In this document: in pieces, positions 52,447 through 61,795 of the stretch | Layout: each line of letters begins with the position of its first letter | Position numbering within the stretch: the stretch's first letter is position 1 | Assembly: GCA_963662465.1 (NCBI GenBank) | Contig: OY759599.1 | Span: forward strand, 5,216,001-5,280,000 | Direction of reading: 5' to 3' | Length of the DNA: 64,000 nt | Source: Desulfatiglandales bacterium | GTDB taxonomy: Bacteria > Desulfobacterota > DSM-4660 > Desulfatiglandales > Desulfatiglandaceae | Notes under the pieces: generated by a model | Databases searched by the model: none | Told to the model about the DNA's origin: nothing | What the model saw: the letters and a program-made list of their open reading frames with translations, nothing else | Made by a program: the position numbers and the translations under genes

Positions 52447-54167
52447 ACACCATTAGAATTCTCCCGGAGAAGGTTGCGTCCCAAATTGCCGCCGGCGAGG
52501 TCATCGAAAGGCCTGCCTCCGTTGTCAGAGAATTAATCGACAACAGCATCGATGCGAAAGCCGATCGAATCACCATCAAGATAGAAAAAGGCGGCAAAGA
52601 TCTCATCAAAGTCAGGGATAACGGCATCGGCATGAGCAGGGATGATCTTCTCCTGTGTCTTGAAAGACACGCCACAAGCAAAATCAGAACGGCATCGGAC
52701 CTGATGCAAATTAAATCCTTCGGGTTCAGGGGTGAGGCGATCCCCAGTATGGCTTCGGTGTCCCGAATGCAGATGACATCGCTGCCCCAAAAAGAGCTTC
52801 TGGGGAACCGAGTCAAAATTTCCGGTGGAAAACTGCTGACCATCGAGGAAGTCGGCGCCCCGCCAGGCACCATTGTCGAAATAAGGGACCTGTTTTTTAA
52901 TATTCCGGCAAGGCGCAAATTCCTGAAAACCAAAGCCACGGAAATGAACCATATTATGGATTCCGTGTTAAGAGCCGCCATGCCTTTTCCCGATATTTCC
53001 TTCCGGCTGGAAGAGGGTGAAAAAGAGATACTTCGTCTTCCCGCATCCCAAGATCCCCTTTTGCGTCTTTCCCTCCTCATGGGTCGAGAGGCAGGCCAAT
53101 CCATACTGAGCAAAGAGGATGAACAAAGCGATCTCCATATTGCCATCCATGCCGCCCCTGGGGATTTTGCCAGAAACAGGGCCGACCGATTGTTTGTTTA
53201 TGTAAACGGTCGAAATATCAAAGATCGGTTTATAACCAAAGCCATTATGGCGGGATATGGCCAACGTTTGATGAAAGGCCGGTATCCCCAGGCCCTGGTT
53301 TTTATTGACATAGACCCGTCTCAAATCGATGTGAACGTTCATCCCGCCAAACAGGAAATAAAATTTCAAGACGGCCAAAAGGTCTTCAGCGCCATTGCCA
53401 CAGCCGTCGATAAAACGCTGGCGCCCGCATCCCATACAGCGGGCCATTCACGGATTAACGAAAACCACGTCGTCCCCCAAACAAATCCTTCAGCACCCAT
53501 CATCTCCGAACATTCCGAACCCTATGAACAGCGACTAACGCCAACGCCCTTCCCGTTCCCGGAAAAGCCTCCCCTGTCCCTGACCAACGCCGAGGGCCCC
53601 CGGATAATCGGACAATTGGGCAACATGTACATATTATGCCAGTTGGAAGACGGTCTTCTGATAGTGGATCAGCACGCCGCCCACGAGAGAATCGTTTACG
53701 AAACCCTCAAAAAGTCCCTCCTTTCGTCCAGGATTGAAATCCAAAACCTGCTCATTCCGCACGAAATGGAGTTTTCTTTGAAAGAAAAAGGGACACTCTT
53801 GGAAAAAGGTGATTTGCTGGCACACTTCGGCATTGAGCTTGATCATTTCGGGGGCAATGCCTTTTTATTGCGGGCAGTTCCAGCCTTACTCAAAAATGTG
53901 AACTGGCAAATGCTTATTTCGGAATTTATTTCAAATCTGGAAGAAGGCAATCAAACCAATAACGCCGACATAACGGATAAAGCCGTTACACTCATGGCTT
54001 GCCATGGCGCCATACGCGCCGGACAGCGATTGACGTTTACAGAAATGTCAAATTTACTGCATCAGCTCAAGGAAATGGATCTACCCACAAATTGCCCCCA
54101 CGGAAGGCCCATTTTTAAACAGTTCACCTTTTACGAAATGAGCAAAATGTTTAAGAGGATTGTATAA
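52443..54167 (+). CDS. mutL: DNA mismatch repair endonuclease MutL
   Basis: IAAGEVIERP, HATSKI, GFRGEA, DVNVHP.K, DQHAAHER, ACH, CPHGRP. Confidence 0.97.
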   Translation: MNTIRILPEKVASQIAAGEVIERPASVVRELIDNSIDAKADRITIKIEKGGKDLIKVRDNGIGMSRDDLLLCLERHATSKIRTASDLMQIKSFGFRGEAIPSMASVSRMQMTSLPQKELLGNRVKISGGKLLTIEEVGAPPGTIVEIRDLFFNIPARRKFLKTKATEMNHIMDSVLRAAMPFPDISFRLEEGEKEILRLPASQDPLLRLSLLMGREAGQSILSKEDEQSDLHIAIHAAPGDFARNRADRLFVYVNGRNIKDRFITKAIMAGYGQRLMKGRYPQALVFIDIDPSQIDVNVHPAKQEIKFQDGQKVFSAIATAVDKTLAPASHTAGHSRINENHVVPQTNPSAPIISEHSEPYEQRLTPTPFPFPEKPPLSLTNAEGPRIIGQLGNMYILCQLEDGLLIVDQHAAHERIVYETLKKSLLSSRIEIQNLLIPHEMEFSLKEKGTLLEKGDLLAHFGIELDHFGGNAFLLRAVPALLKNVNWQMLISEFISNLEEGNQTNNADITDKAVTLMACHGAIRAGQRLTFTEMSNLLHQLKEMDLPTNCPHGRPIFKQFTFYEMSKMFKRIV

Positions 54168-54173
54168 ACCGCC

Positions 54174-55109
54174 ATGGTGGCGCCTAAAAAACCAAAAGTC
54201 ATTGTTATCGCGGGTCCCACAGCCAGCGGAAAAACCGGTCTGGCCGTAGCACTAGCCCTTTCTCAGGGCGGGGAGGTTATTAATGCGGACTCCATGCAGG
54301 TATACCGCGGCATGGATATCGGCACGGCCAAACCCACCCTTGAAGAAAGACGCGGCGTTTGCCATCATCTTCTGGATGTTGTAGATCCGGACGAGGATTT
54401 CAATGCGGCTCGGTATCGCCAAATGGCCCTTCCCCTGGCAAAAAGTATTTGCGCAAGAAACATCCCCTGTTTTATTGTTGGGGGAACCGGACTCTACATC
54501 AGGGCTCTATTAGGGGGATTGGTGAAATTGCCCCCTTCCGATCCCATGCTTCGGGAACGCCTGCAACTGGAATGCGATCGTTGCGGTGCGCCGGAACTAT
54601 ATCGGAAGCTGGCCGATCTGGATCCTGAAGGCGCTAAATCGATCCACCCCAACGACAGACGCAGAATCATCAGGGCCCTTGAAATTATCCACCTGACACA
54701 TCGCAAACCTTCGGATCTGCAGAAGGAACATCGATTTCAAAACCAGGAATTTTGTACGTTAAAACTCTATTTACAAGTAGAAAGAGAGCGGCTTTACGAC
54801 CGCATTAACGCACGCACCGAAAAAATGGTGGCTGAGGGTCTCATTCAGGAAACGAAACTTCTGCTGGCAAAAGGCTATGATCCCCATCTCAAATCCATGA
54901 CAGCCATCGGCTATCGCCATATAACCCTGTATCTACAAGGGAAATGGCCCCTGGAAAAGGCAACGGAAGCCCTTAAACAGGATACCCGAAAATACGCGAA
55001 ACGACAGATGACCTGGTTTAAAGCTGAACAGGATATGATCGGGATGGACCCTGAAAATAAGATCTTGGCGGAAGAAAAGATTCGGGCTTTCATGGCGAAA
55101 AGCGCTTGA
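54174..55109 (+). CDS. miaA: tRNA dimethylallyltransferase
   Basis: GPTASGKT, DSMQVY.GMDIGTAKP, GGTGLY, RI.RALE, IGY, YAKRQ.TW. Confidence 0.97.
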   Translation: MVAPKKPKVIVIAGPTASGKTGLAVALALSQGGEVINADSMQVYRGMDIGTAKPTLEERRGVCHHLLDVVDPDEDFNAARYRQMALPLAKSICARNIPCFIVGGTGLYIRALLGGLVKLPPSDPMLRERLQLECDRCGAPELYRKLADLDPEGAKSIHPNDRRRIIRALEIIHLTHRKPSDLQKEHRFQNQEFCTLKLYLQVERERLYDRINARTEKMVAEGLIQETKLLLAKGYDPHLKSMTAIGYRHITLYLQGKWPLEKATEALKQDTRKYAKRQMTWFKAEQDMIGMDPENKILAEEKIRAFMAKSA

Positions 55110-55236
55110 CCTTTTACCATTAATTCTCTATTTCAGAGCTGTTGGCGCATTCTCCGCGTTTCATAAAGCTATTAAGAGCGCATTATCCTTTTTTTTGCTC
55201 TCTCAACCACAACGATAGGTCTACGGAGGCAGTCCG

Positions 55237-55830
55237 ATGGGCGTCATCTCACCCAAAACCCTTTACACAACCCTTACAGCCTGCCTATTGGCTTTTCTTT
55301 TAATGGAAAGTTGTTCTCCAACACCCAGAGTTCCCGAAGGAATACTGGATACCCCTGCCCATCATGTATCCAACGGTTTCAAATTCCTTCAAAAAGACTA
55401 CGATGCCGATGCTCAACGGGAATTTGAACTGGCGCTTCAACTGGATCCCTTTTACAGCGCCGCACACCGAGGGTTGGGGCTGGTTTATGGAAAAGAAAAG
55501 GAATTTGAATCCGCACTGGATTCCATGCGCAAAGCGAGAGACAATGCAACGACCGGAGAACAAAAGGCAATGGCCTATGTCGGATTCATGCGTCTTTACA
55601 CCATGCGCGAAAAAACGGGCTGGCTTGAACAAACAGAAGAACGGTTCAGAGATGCGCTGCAATGGAATAATGATCTTCCCGACGCTTTCTTTTATATGGG
55701 CATTGCCTATAAAAAAGCAAATCGATACCCTGAAGCGGAAAAATTATTTAACCAGGTACTCAACATCAACCAAGGCCTGGAAATAGAGACCCGGAAAGAA
55801 TTGGCGTCCTTACACAAGCGTATAAAATAG
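55237..55830 (+). CDS. TPR lipoprotein (paralog of the 14578 N-terminal half)
   Basis: Signal peptide + Cys; DTPAHH..G...A..EF.LAL.LDP.Y; TPRs. Confidence 0.75.
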   Translation: MGVISPKTLYTTLTACLLAFLLMESCSPTPRVPEGILDTPAHHVSNGFKFLQKDYDADAQREFELALQLDPFYSAAHRGLGLVYGKEKEFESALDSMRKARDNATTGEQKAMAYVGFMRLYTMREKTGWLEQTEERFRDALQWNNDLPDAFFYMGIAYKKANRYPEAEKLFNQVLNINQGLEIETRKELASLHKRIK

Positions 55831-55861
55831 CCAGGCGCTCCTTACGAGGAAAAATATTAAA

Positions 55862-57034
55862 ATGATCGGGAAAAAGACCCAAAAATCAATCGTTTTTATC
55901 ATATCCTTTTTTGCCGTTTATTTTTCCATGCCACTGCTTTCGCAGGTTATTGCGGAAGATCGACAGGAGAAAAACGAGTGTTTTGCCATTGGCACGGGCG
56001 CCGTCGTTAAAGGAAACCTACCTCAGGCCAAAAAAAACGCCATCCGTATGGCCCTATTGAAAGGGGTTGAAAGCTACCTGGTTCGCCTGTTGGGAAATCA
56101 GACGGTTACCAGCCATTTCGAGAGCCTTGCGCATAACATTATCCCCAATTTGGACCAGGAAATTGAAAATTTTCATATTTTGGCGGAACAGCAGGTGGGA
56201 ACACACTATAACGTTTTTGTAAAAATGAAGGTCAACGAGAACGGCATCGCGGAAAAGTTGAGGGATACGGGAATTTTCAAAACCGTTAACCAATCGGTCA
56301 AGATTCTGTTCATGGTTTCGGAAACCCGGGGACCTGTGGAAGTATTCTGGTGGCAGGACGCAGCGGCTCACCAAGCCCTCACCCCCATTGAACTGGCATT
56401 GCACGGCGTTTTTCAGGACAGAGGATTTAACCCCGTCAACCGCATCATGGACCTTCCCCCTTCAGAAGATTTGGTCGGCGCATTTCCCGCCAATATTCGA
56501 CCGGAAGAGGCGCTAAAATGGGGGAAACTCTTTTCTGCGGAGGTAGTGGTTTACGGCAAAAGCCTCATCCTTGATCATAATCTTATTCTAAACCTGAAAG
56601 CCCTTGACGTGCGGCAGGGGGTGCAAATTTGCGAAAAATCCGGGTCTCAAAAGATACCGCAAGGCATGGAAGACAATCAACGGATTTTAAGCCTCATGAG
56701 AAAGTGCGTCAACCCATTGGCCGACGCGTTATGCCCTTGCATTCTCAAAAATATCAACACGACGCCCCAGGAGACACAACAACTGGATATTACGCTGTCA
56801 GGCATCAACCAGCCAAAACAATTCCAGACCTTTGTCGATTTCCTAAAAAGCCATGTTCCAGGCGTAAAAACCATTATCCCCTCCAGGATCACTGAGGATT
56901 CGATATCCGCCACCATTGATTTTCAAGGGGACAGAATCGCATTTATCAGCAGGGTCCTTAACCATCAAAACCTTCCTTTTCCGCTTCACCTGGGCCAAAC
57001 CGACACTGAAAGCATCCTTTTTTACCTGGAATAG
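55862..57034 (+). CDS. secreted FlgT N-terminal-domain-like protein
   Basis: Signal peptide; AIGTGAVV.GN...AKKNAI..AL..GVE; same three-part architecture as 11019. Confidence 0.6.
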   Translation: MIGKKTQKSIVFIISFFAVYFSMPLLSQVIAEDRQEKNECFAIGTGAVVKGNLPQAKKNAIRMALLKGVESYLVRLLGNQTVTSHFESLAHNIIPNLDQEIENFHILAEQQVGTHYNVFVKMKVNENGIAEKLRDTGIFKTVNQSVKILFMVSETRGPVEVFWWQDAAAHQALTPIELALHGVFQDRGFNPVNRIMDLPPSEDLVGAFPANIRPEEALKWGKLFSAEVVVYGKSLILDHNLILNLKALDVRQGVQICEKSGSQKIPQGMEDNQRILSLMRKCVNPLADALCPCILKNINTTPQETQQLDITLSGINQPKQFQTFVDFLKSHVPGVKTIIPSRITEDSISATIDFQGDRIAFISRVLNHQNLPFPLHLGQTDTESILFYLE

Positions 57035-57044
57035 ACCTTAACTC

Positions 57045-57590
57045 ATGACCATTCCGAATCTTATCAGCGTTTTCCGAATACTCCTGGTCCCCATTTTCCT
57101 GGTTTTCATCATCAATGAACAATTTCCGGCCGGACTGGTTGTTTTTGTTCTGGCTGGTCTCAGCGACGGCGCCGACGGCATGGTGGCCCGACTTTTCAAC
57201 CAGAAAAGCCGCCTGGGATCCTATCTTGACCCCCTGGCGGACAAATGCCTTCTGGTCTCAGCGTTTATCTGTCTCGCAGCCATACACATTATACCGGTAT
57301 GGCTCACCGTCCTTGTCATCACCCGGGATATTTTAATTCTGCTCGGCGCCCTCATCCTTTTCTTAAAATATGGGGTGGATACGGTAAAGCCCTCCGCATG
57401 GGGAAAAGCGACGACTTTTTTTCAACTGGCCACGGTGTTCCTGGTCCTGGTTGAAAAACACTTTCATCTTTTTTCACAATACGTATATGTGGTTTATGGG
57501 GCAACGGGAACATTGACCGTATCATCGGGGATACTCTATATCCGGTCCTGGTTTTTCACGATGAAAGGCGGCCTGAAAGACCGCCGTTAA
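57045..57590 (+). CDS. CDP-alcohol phosphatidyltransferase (PgsA-like)
   Basis: IPNLIS..R, SDGADG..AR...S.LG..LDPLADK. Confidence 0.9.
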   Translation: MTIPNLISVFRILLVPIFLVFIINEQFPAGLVVFVLAGLSDGADGMVARLFNQKSRLGSYLDPLADKCLLVSAFICLAAIHIIPVWLTVLVITRDILILLGALILFLKYGVDTVKPSAWGKATTFFQLATVFLVLVEKHFHLFSQYVYVVYGATGTLTVSSGILYIRSWFFTMKGGLKDRR

Positions 57591-57670
57591 TGGGCAAATG
57601 AAATTTCCCGATTCGAAACCATATTACACCTTGACATTCGCCATCATAACTTGTAAACATTGTGCAATAT

Positions 57671-57745
57671 AGGCGCGTAGCTCAGGGGGAGAGCACTACC
57701 CTGACACGGTAGGGGTCCAGGGTTCAAATCCCTGCGCGCCTACCA
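57671..57745 (+). tRNA. tRNA-Val(GAC)
   Basis: Acceptor stem AGGCGCG/CGCGCCT, D-arm TAGCTCAG..GAGC, anticodon arm CTACC-CTGACAC-GGTAG, T-loop GGTTCAAATCC, encoded 3' CCA; TTGACA at 57631. Confidence 0.95.
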
Positions 57746-57754
57746 GAACAAAAC

Positions 57755-57792
57755 AAGAGGTTGCGGGAATTTACCGCAGCCTCTTTTTTTTT
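57755..57792 (+). terminator. intrinsic terminator after the tRNA
   Basis: AAGAGGTTGCGG-loop-CCGCAGCCTCTT followed by a T run. Confidence 0.8.
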
Positions 57793-57893
57793 CGCTCTGT
57801 TTTTCAAAAAAGGGTGTTGACAACCAGGTAATTTAAAAAACAGAATGAAGGCGGTTTCCGAATGCGCCCGTTCAGAACCAACAGAACATAGCA

Positions 57894-59828
57894 TCACGAA
57901 AAAAAATGACATGCGACTCGTCGGTGTTCGATTTCTCGAATTGAAGGGGGTGTCTTTTCACACAGGTCCTGCCGGTTCGGGCATCTGGAAAAAAAGGGAC
58001 ACCCCTCCGTTGCCGCCGCTTGTGAGTTAATTTTCCACGTCTCTTTCCACTGTCCGTCGGCACTTTCCAACAGCATCTTCGTGTACGGATGCGCGGGCCG
58101 GGAAAGAACCAGCGAAGCCGATCCCAGCTCCACCAACCCACCTGCCAGCATAATTCCCATGCGGTCGCTGATTTTGCGGGCAAGGGCCATGTCGTGACTG
58201 ACAAAGAGCATGGTCAGCCCCCGCTCGGTTTGAAGGTCAAGGAGCAGTTTCAGTACCTTTGCCTGAACACTGGGGTCCAGGGCACTGGTGGGCTCATCGG
58301 CGATAAGTAGCTTCGGGGAAAGAACGAGGGCCCGGGCAATGCAGACCCGTTGAAGGGCCCCCATGTTCAGTTCATGGGGATAGCGCCCTAAAAATGCATC
58401 GTCGGTGGACAAGTGTACATCCGCCAGAACTGACTTGACCCGTTTCCGTTTTTCCTCTTTGGTTTTCCCTACCTTGTGGATGTTAAGGGGTTCCGCCACA
58501 GCGTCATATACGGTAAACCGGTGGCTGATGGATTCCGCCGGATTCTGGTAAACCACGCCGATCCGACCGGCTAGGGATTTGGCATCCTTTTTCAGCCATT
58601 CATCCATATCGCGGTCTTCAAATGTGCGGTGACCCCGGTCCTGTCGTATCACGCCTGCCGCGATCATGGCCAAGGTACTCTTCCCCGATCCTGTTTCACC
58701 CACCAGGGATAAGAGTTCTCCCGCCTTCAACGCCAGATCCAAGGGTTTGAGGGCCACAACGCCGCCGTAATGTTTGGCAATTCCTTCAAAAGACAACATC
58801 TGGACGATACCGCGACGAATACATCTGACCTGGTGATGTCCCACCGTTTCCAGGGTGATGACGCCTGTTTTGCAGGGTTCGATAGCCTGGGTGCATCGCC
58901 CTTGAAAAAGGCATCCCGTCGGCGGCGCGTGTCCGTCCGCATGCGATGATTCAGGAATTTGGATATGGGAATGATGGTACTGTGCCTCGTTTCGATGACC
59001 GTGCTGATGGATCAGGCGGTAAAATGCGTCTCCCCGAATGCCCCCCAGATCCCGAGCCGTATTCATGGTGGGATACGACCTGCCTAGGGCCAGGGTATAG
59101 GGGTGAACGGGGTTTGACAGCATTTCCCCGGCGGGCAGGGTTTCCATGATCTGTCCCAGATAAAGGACGGCCATTTCATCGCCATGGCGCACGGCGAATT
59201 CCAGGTCGTGGGTAATCAAAAGAATGCTTTTCCCCCGTTTTTTGTAATCCCTGATGATTTCCCCCACAAAGCTTTTGTTCAGGGCATCCAGGGCCGAGGT
59301 GGGTTCATCCATGATGAGGATTTCAGGGTCCAGGATCATGGCCATGGCCAGGAGACTTCGCTGCACCTGTCCCCCGCTCAGTTGATGGGGATACCGGCCA
59401 TGGCATGCTTCGGACAGACCAATATTAAAAAGCGCGAGGGATGCCCGTTTCAAGGCCTCTTTTCGGGTTGCGCCTTCCTTGTCCATGACGGGCTCCGCCA
59501 CCTGGTCGATAATCCGGTAGGCGGGATTCAGGGTGGTGGCGCCGGTTTGAAAGACCATTGACATCTTTTGCCATCGCATTCGGTTGAGGGCCTGCTCATC
59601 TTGAAAATTAATTTCCTGATGGTTCAGAAAGATTTGCCCCTCTGTTTCGGCGTTTTCAGGAAGCAGTCCGAGACAAGCCTTGCCAAGGGTGGTCTTTCCG
59701 GAGCCCGATTCACCCACCAGGGCAAGGCACTGCCCCTCCCGGATCTCCAGGTTTACCTCCTCAACGGCCTGAATGCCGTGATTCCCGTCTCGGTAAACAA
59801 CGCCGAAATCCTTGATGGTCAGGCTCAT
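57894..59828 (-). CDS. fused double ABC ATPase (NikDE/OppDF type) with His-rich linker
   Basis: Start MSLTIK (ATG 59828); GESGSGKT...LSGGQ.QR...MDEPT; GETGSGKS...LNMG..QR..IADEPT; two C-terminal Cys motifs. Confidence 0.9.
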   Translation of the reverse strand: MSLTIKDFGVVYRDGNHGIQAVEEVNLEIREGQCLALVGESGSGKTTLGKACLGLLPENAETEGQIFLNHQEINFQDEQALNRMRWQKMSMVFQTGATTLNPAYRIIDQVAEPVMDKEGATRKEALKRASLALFNIGLSEACHGRYPHQLSGGQVQRSLLAMAMILDPEILIMDEPTSALDALNKSFVGEIIRDYKKRGKSILLITHDLEFAVRHGDEMAVLYLGQIMETLPAGEMLSNPVHPYTLALGRSYPTMNTARDLGGIRGDAFYRLIHQHGHRNEAQYHHSHIQIPESSHADGHAPPTGCLFQGRCTQAIEPCKTGVITLETVGHHQVRCIRRGIVQMLSFEGIAKHYGGVVALKPLDLALKAGELLSLVGETGSGKSTLAMIAAGVIRQDRGHRTFEDRDMDEWLKKDAKSLAGRIGVVYQNPAESISHRFTVYDAVAEPLNIHKVGKTKEEKRKRVKSVLADVHLSTDDAFLGRYPHELNMGALQRVCIARALVLSPKLLIADEPTSALDPSVQAKVLKLLLDLQTERGLTMLFVSHDMALARKISDRMGIMLAGGLVELGSASLVLSRPAHPYTKMLLESADGQWKETWKINSQAAATEGCPFFSRCPNRQDLCEKTPPSIREIEHRRVACHFFS

Positions 59829-60679
59829 GCGATCCTCCCGGGCATGCTTTCCCTGAGCCGTGGGTCCACCATCTTTTCCAGGCTGATGGCCAGGAATGTG
59901 ACCATCATGATGAGAAGGGACAAACAGACGATGGGAGGGAAAAGCCAGTGCCACCAGATGTCCATATAGTAGTATTGGAGGGCATAGCTGATCATCATGC
60001 CCAGAGACTTCCGGGTGGGATCCAGAAGACCTAAAAAAGCGAGAGATGCTTCCATAAACATGGCCATGCGGACCTTTGCGGCAAATCCGATGAGATACAA
60101 GGGAAACATCTCCGGAATGAGATGGCGGCCGATAATGTACCCGCTGCCGCCCCCCATCTGCCTGGCGGCGCGAACATGAAGACTTTGCTTGAGGGTGAGG
60201 GTCTGGGCGCGAATGGTTTTGCCGATGGTGGGCCACATGAGGCCCGACAGTATCAGGGCAAGAACATTGGGCGAAGGCCGAAACAAGGCCGCCACAAGGA
60301 TCAGAATCATGATGGCCGGGGTGGCCAGCAGCACATCGGCCAGACGCATCAACACCATATCCGTCATGCCGCCGAACCATCCGGCAAGGGCCCCCAGCAG
60401 GACACCCATCAAAAGGGCGGCCGATGCGCTGAGCATGCCGAAAATCATGGTATTGCGAATGGCGTAAAGGAGTTCCGAAAAAATATCCTGGCACCCGTCG
60501 TTAACGCCCAGGAGGTGGTTTGAGGATGGGGGCGACAGGGGGATGAAATCCATGTTCCAGGGGCTGAAGGGGGTTAGGAGCGGCCCCAGAAGGGTAATGG
60601 TCAGAAAGAAAATGCTCAAGGTTATGCCGGTTAAAAACCAGGGGTCGTGAAAAAGCGTGCGGCGTAGGTTAACGTGCAT
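59825..60679 (-). CDS. ABC permease (NikC/OppC type)
   Basis: PPS..H.LG...QD.FS, AAR.MG....II.RH..P, EASL.FLGL.DP, WW..FPP. Confidence 0.9.
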   Translation of the reverse strand: MHVNLRRTLFHDPWFLTGITLSIFFLTITLLGPLLTPFSPWNMDFIPLSPPSSNHLLGVNDGCQDIFSELLYAIRNTMIFGMLSASAALLMGVLLGALAGWFGGMTDMVLMRLADVLLATPAIMILILVAALFRPSPNVLALILSGLMWPTIGKTIRAQTLTLKQSLHVRAARQMGGGSGYIIGRHLIPEMFPLYLIGFAAKVRMAMFMEASLAFLGLLDPTRKSLGMMISYALQYYYMDIWWHWLFPPIVCLSLLIMMVTFLAISLEKMVDPRLRESMPGRIA

Positions 60680-61655
60680 GCTGAATCCTGGGATCGATGA
60701 TTCGGTAGACAAATTCCAACGCGAAAATAATGGCGAGAATGATCAGGGAACTCATGAGTACAACCGCCTGAATAACCGGCAGGTCCCGGGCCTGAATAGC
60801 ATTGTAAAGAAGTGTCCCCAATCCCGGGTACGAATTGATTTTTTCCACCACCAGGGCCCCCGTAATCATGAAGGCCAGTCGCAATCCGAACCGGGTCACC
60901 ACGGGAATCAGGGCATTGCGCGCCGCATGGACATAGCGAATGCGAAAGGGCGGTAACCCCTTGGCCCGGGCGGTTTTGATGTAATCGGCCATGATAACCA
61001 TGACCATGCTGTTTCGCGTCAACAGAAAATTACCGGGGAAGTAGGCCAGCACCAAGGTGCAGAGCGGCAACGCCAGATGACGGCCCACATCCAGCACATG
61101 GGCCGAAAAATTCATTTCCCCATAGGCGGTTTCGGCGCCGGAGGCGGGAAGCCATTGCAGTTTCAGGGAGAACACGAACAGCAGGATGACGCCGGCGCAG
61201 ATTTCAGGGATGCCCTCCAGCACAGTCATTCCGCCCACCATCCCTTTTTCAAGAGAACTATTGTGTCGCCAGGCTGCCTCAACCCCCGCCACGAATCCCA
61301 TGACCATGGAAATGATATGGGCCGATCCCATGAGCAGGAGCGTCCACGGAAGCGCCTGAAAAAAAAGGGCCGATACCGGGGTTTGAAAGACATAAGAGGC
61401 GCCCCAGTCCAGCCGAACCACCCGAACCAGATAATGTCCGAAACCGTCATCCCGTCCATAGAAGGTCCGCAATGCAGCCTCCTGCTCGGCGGTCAACGGG
61501 ACCTGAGAGGTGGAATAGGCGGCCGTCACGAAATCACCGGGAAGAAAACGCGGCAGGACGTAACTGAGGTAAGTCATGAACAAGGCGGCCAGACAAAAGG
61601 TAAGGGCAAGACCCAGGTCATTGTCAACAGCGATCGTGTTCGATTTTAAAGCCAT
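60669..61655 (-). CDS. ABC permease (NikB/OppB type)
   Basis: LPGD, LPWTL.L, HLALP, YIKTARAKGL, HAARNALIP, VE..YPGLG...AI..RD.P. Confidence 0.9.
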   Translation of the reverse strand: MALKSNTIAVDNDLGLALTFCLAALFMTYLSYVLPRFLPGDFVTAAYSTSQVPLTAEQEAALRTFYGRDDGFGHYLVRVVRLDWGASYVFQTPVSALFFQALPWTLLLMGSAHIISMVMGFVAGVEAAWRHNSSLEKGMVGGMTVLEGIPEICAGVILLFVFSLKLQWLPASGAETAYGEMNFSAHVLDVGRHLALPLCTLVLAYFPGNFLLTRNSMVMVIMADYIKTARAKGLPPFRIRYVHAARNALIPVVTRFGLRLAFMITGALVVEKINSYPGLGTLLYNAIQARDLPVIQAVVLMSSLIILAIIFALEFVYRIIDPRIQHAR

Positions 61656-61795
61656 CAGTGTTGTGTGAGACTCATCTTGTTTTGCGCGATGGCTGGAAGT
61701 TCATCGGCATAAATTTTCTGTGTTTTGTATAACAGTTCTTTTCGCTTTTGCAAGTCCATTTTCGTTATTTGGGATTTCAGCCGTTCAAGTGTGTT
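61655..61795 (-). pseudogene. remnant of a family-5 solute-binding protein
   Basis: QITKMDLQKRKELLYKTQKIYADELPAI...NKMSL* is a typical SBP5 C-terminal helix; its stop abuts the permease start; the rest of the gene is absent. Confidence 0.65.

Noticed and set aside
57671..57900. tRNA-Val as an integration site
   Set aside because: No integrase and no duplicated tRNA 3' end seen in the window; a normal terminator follows.
59829..60494. N-terminal extension of the 866-aa ABC ORF
   Set aside because: Out-of-frame overlap with the permease; ATG 59828 gives a standard 4-nt overlap and a normal ATPase start.
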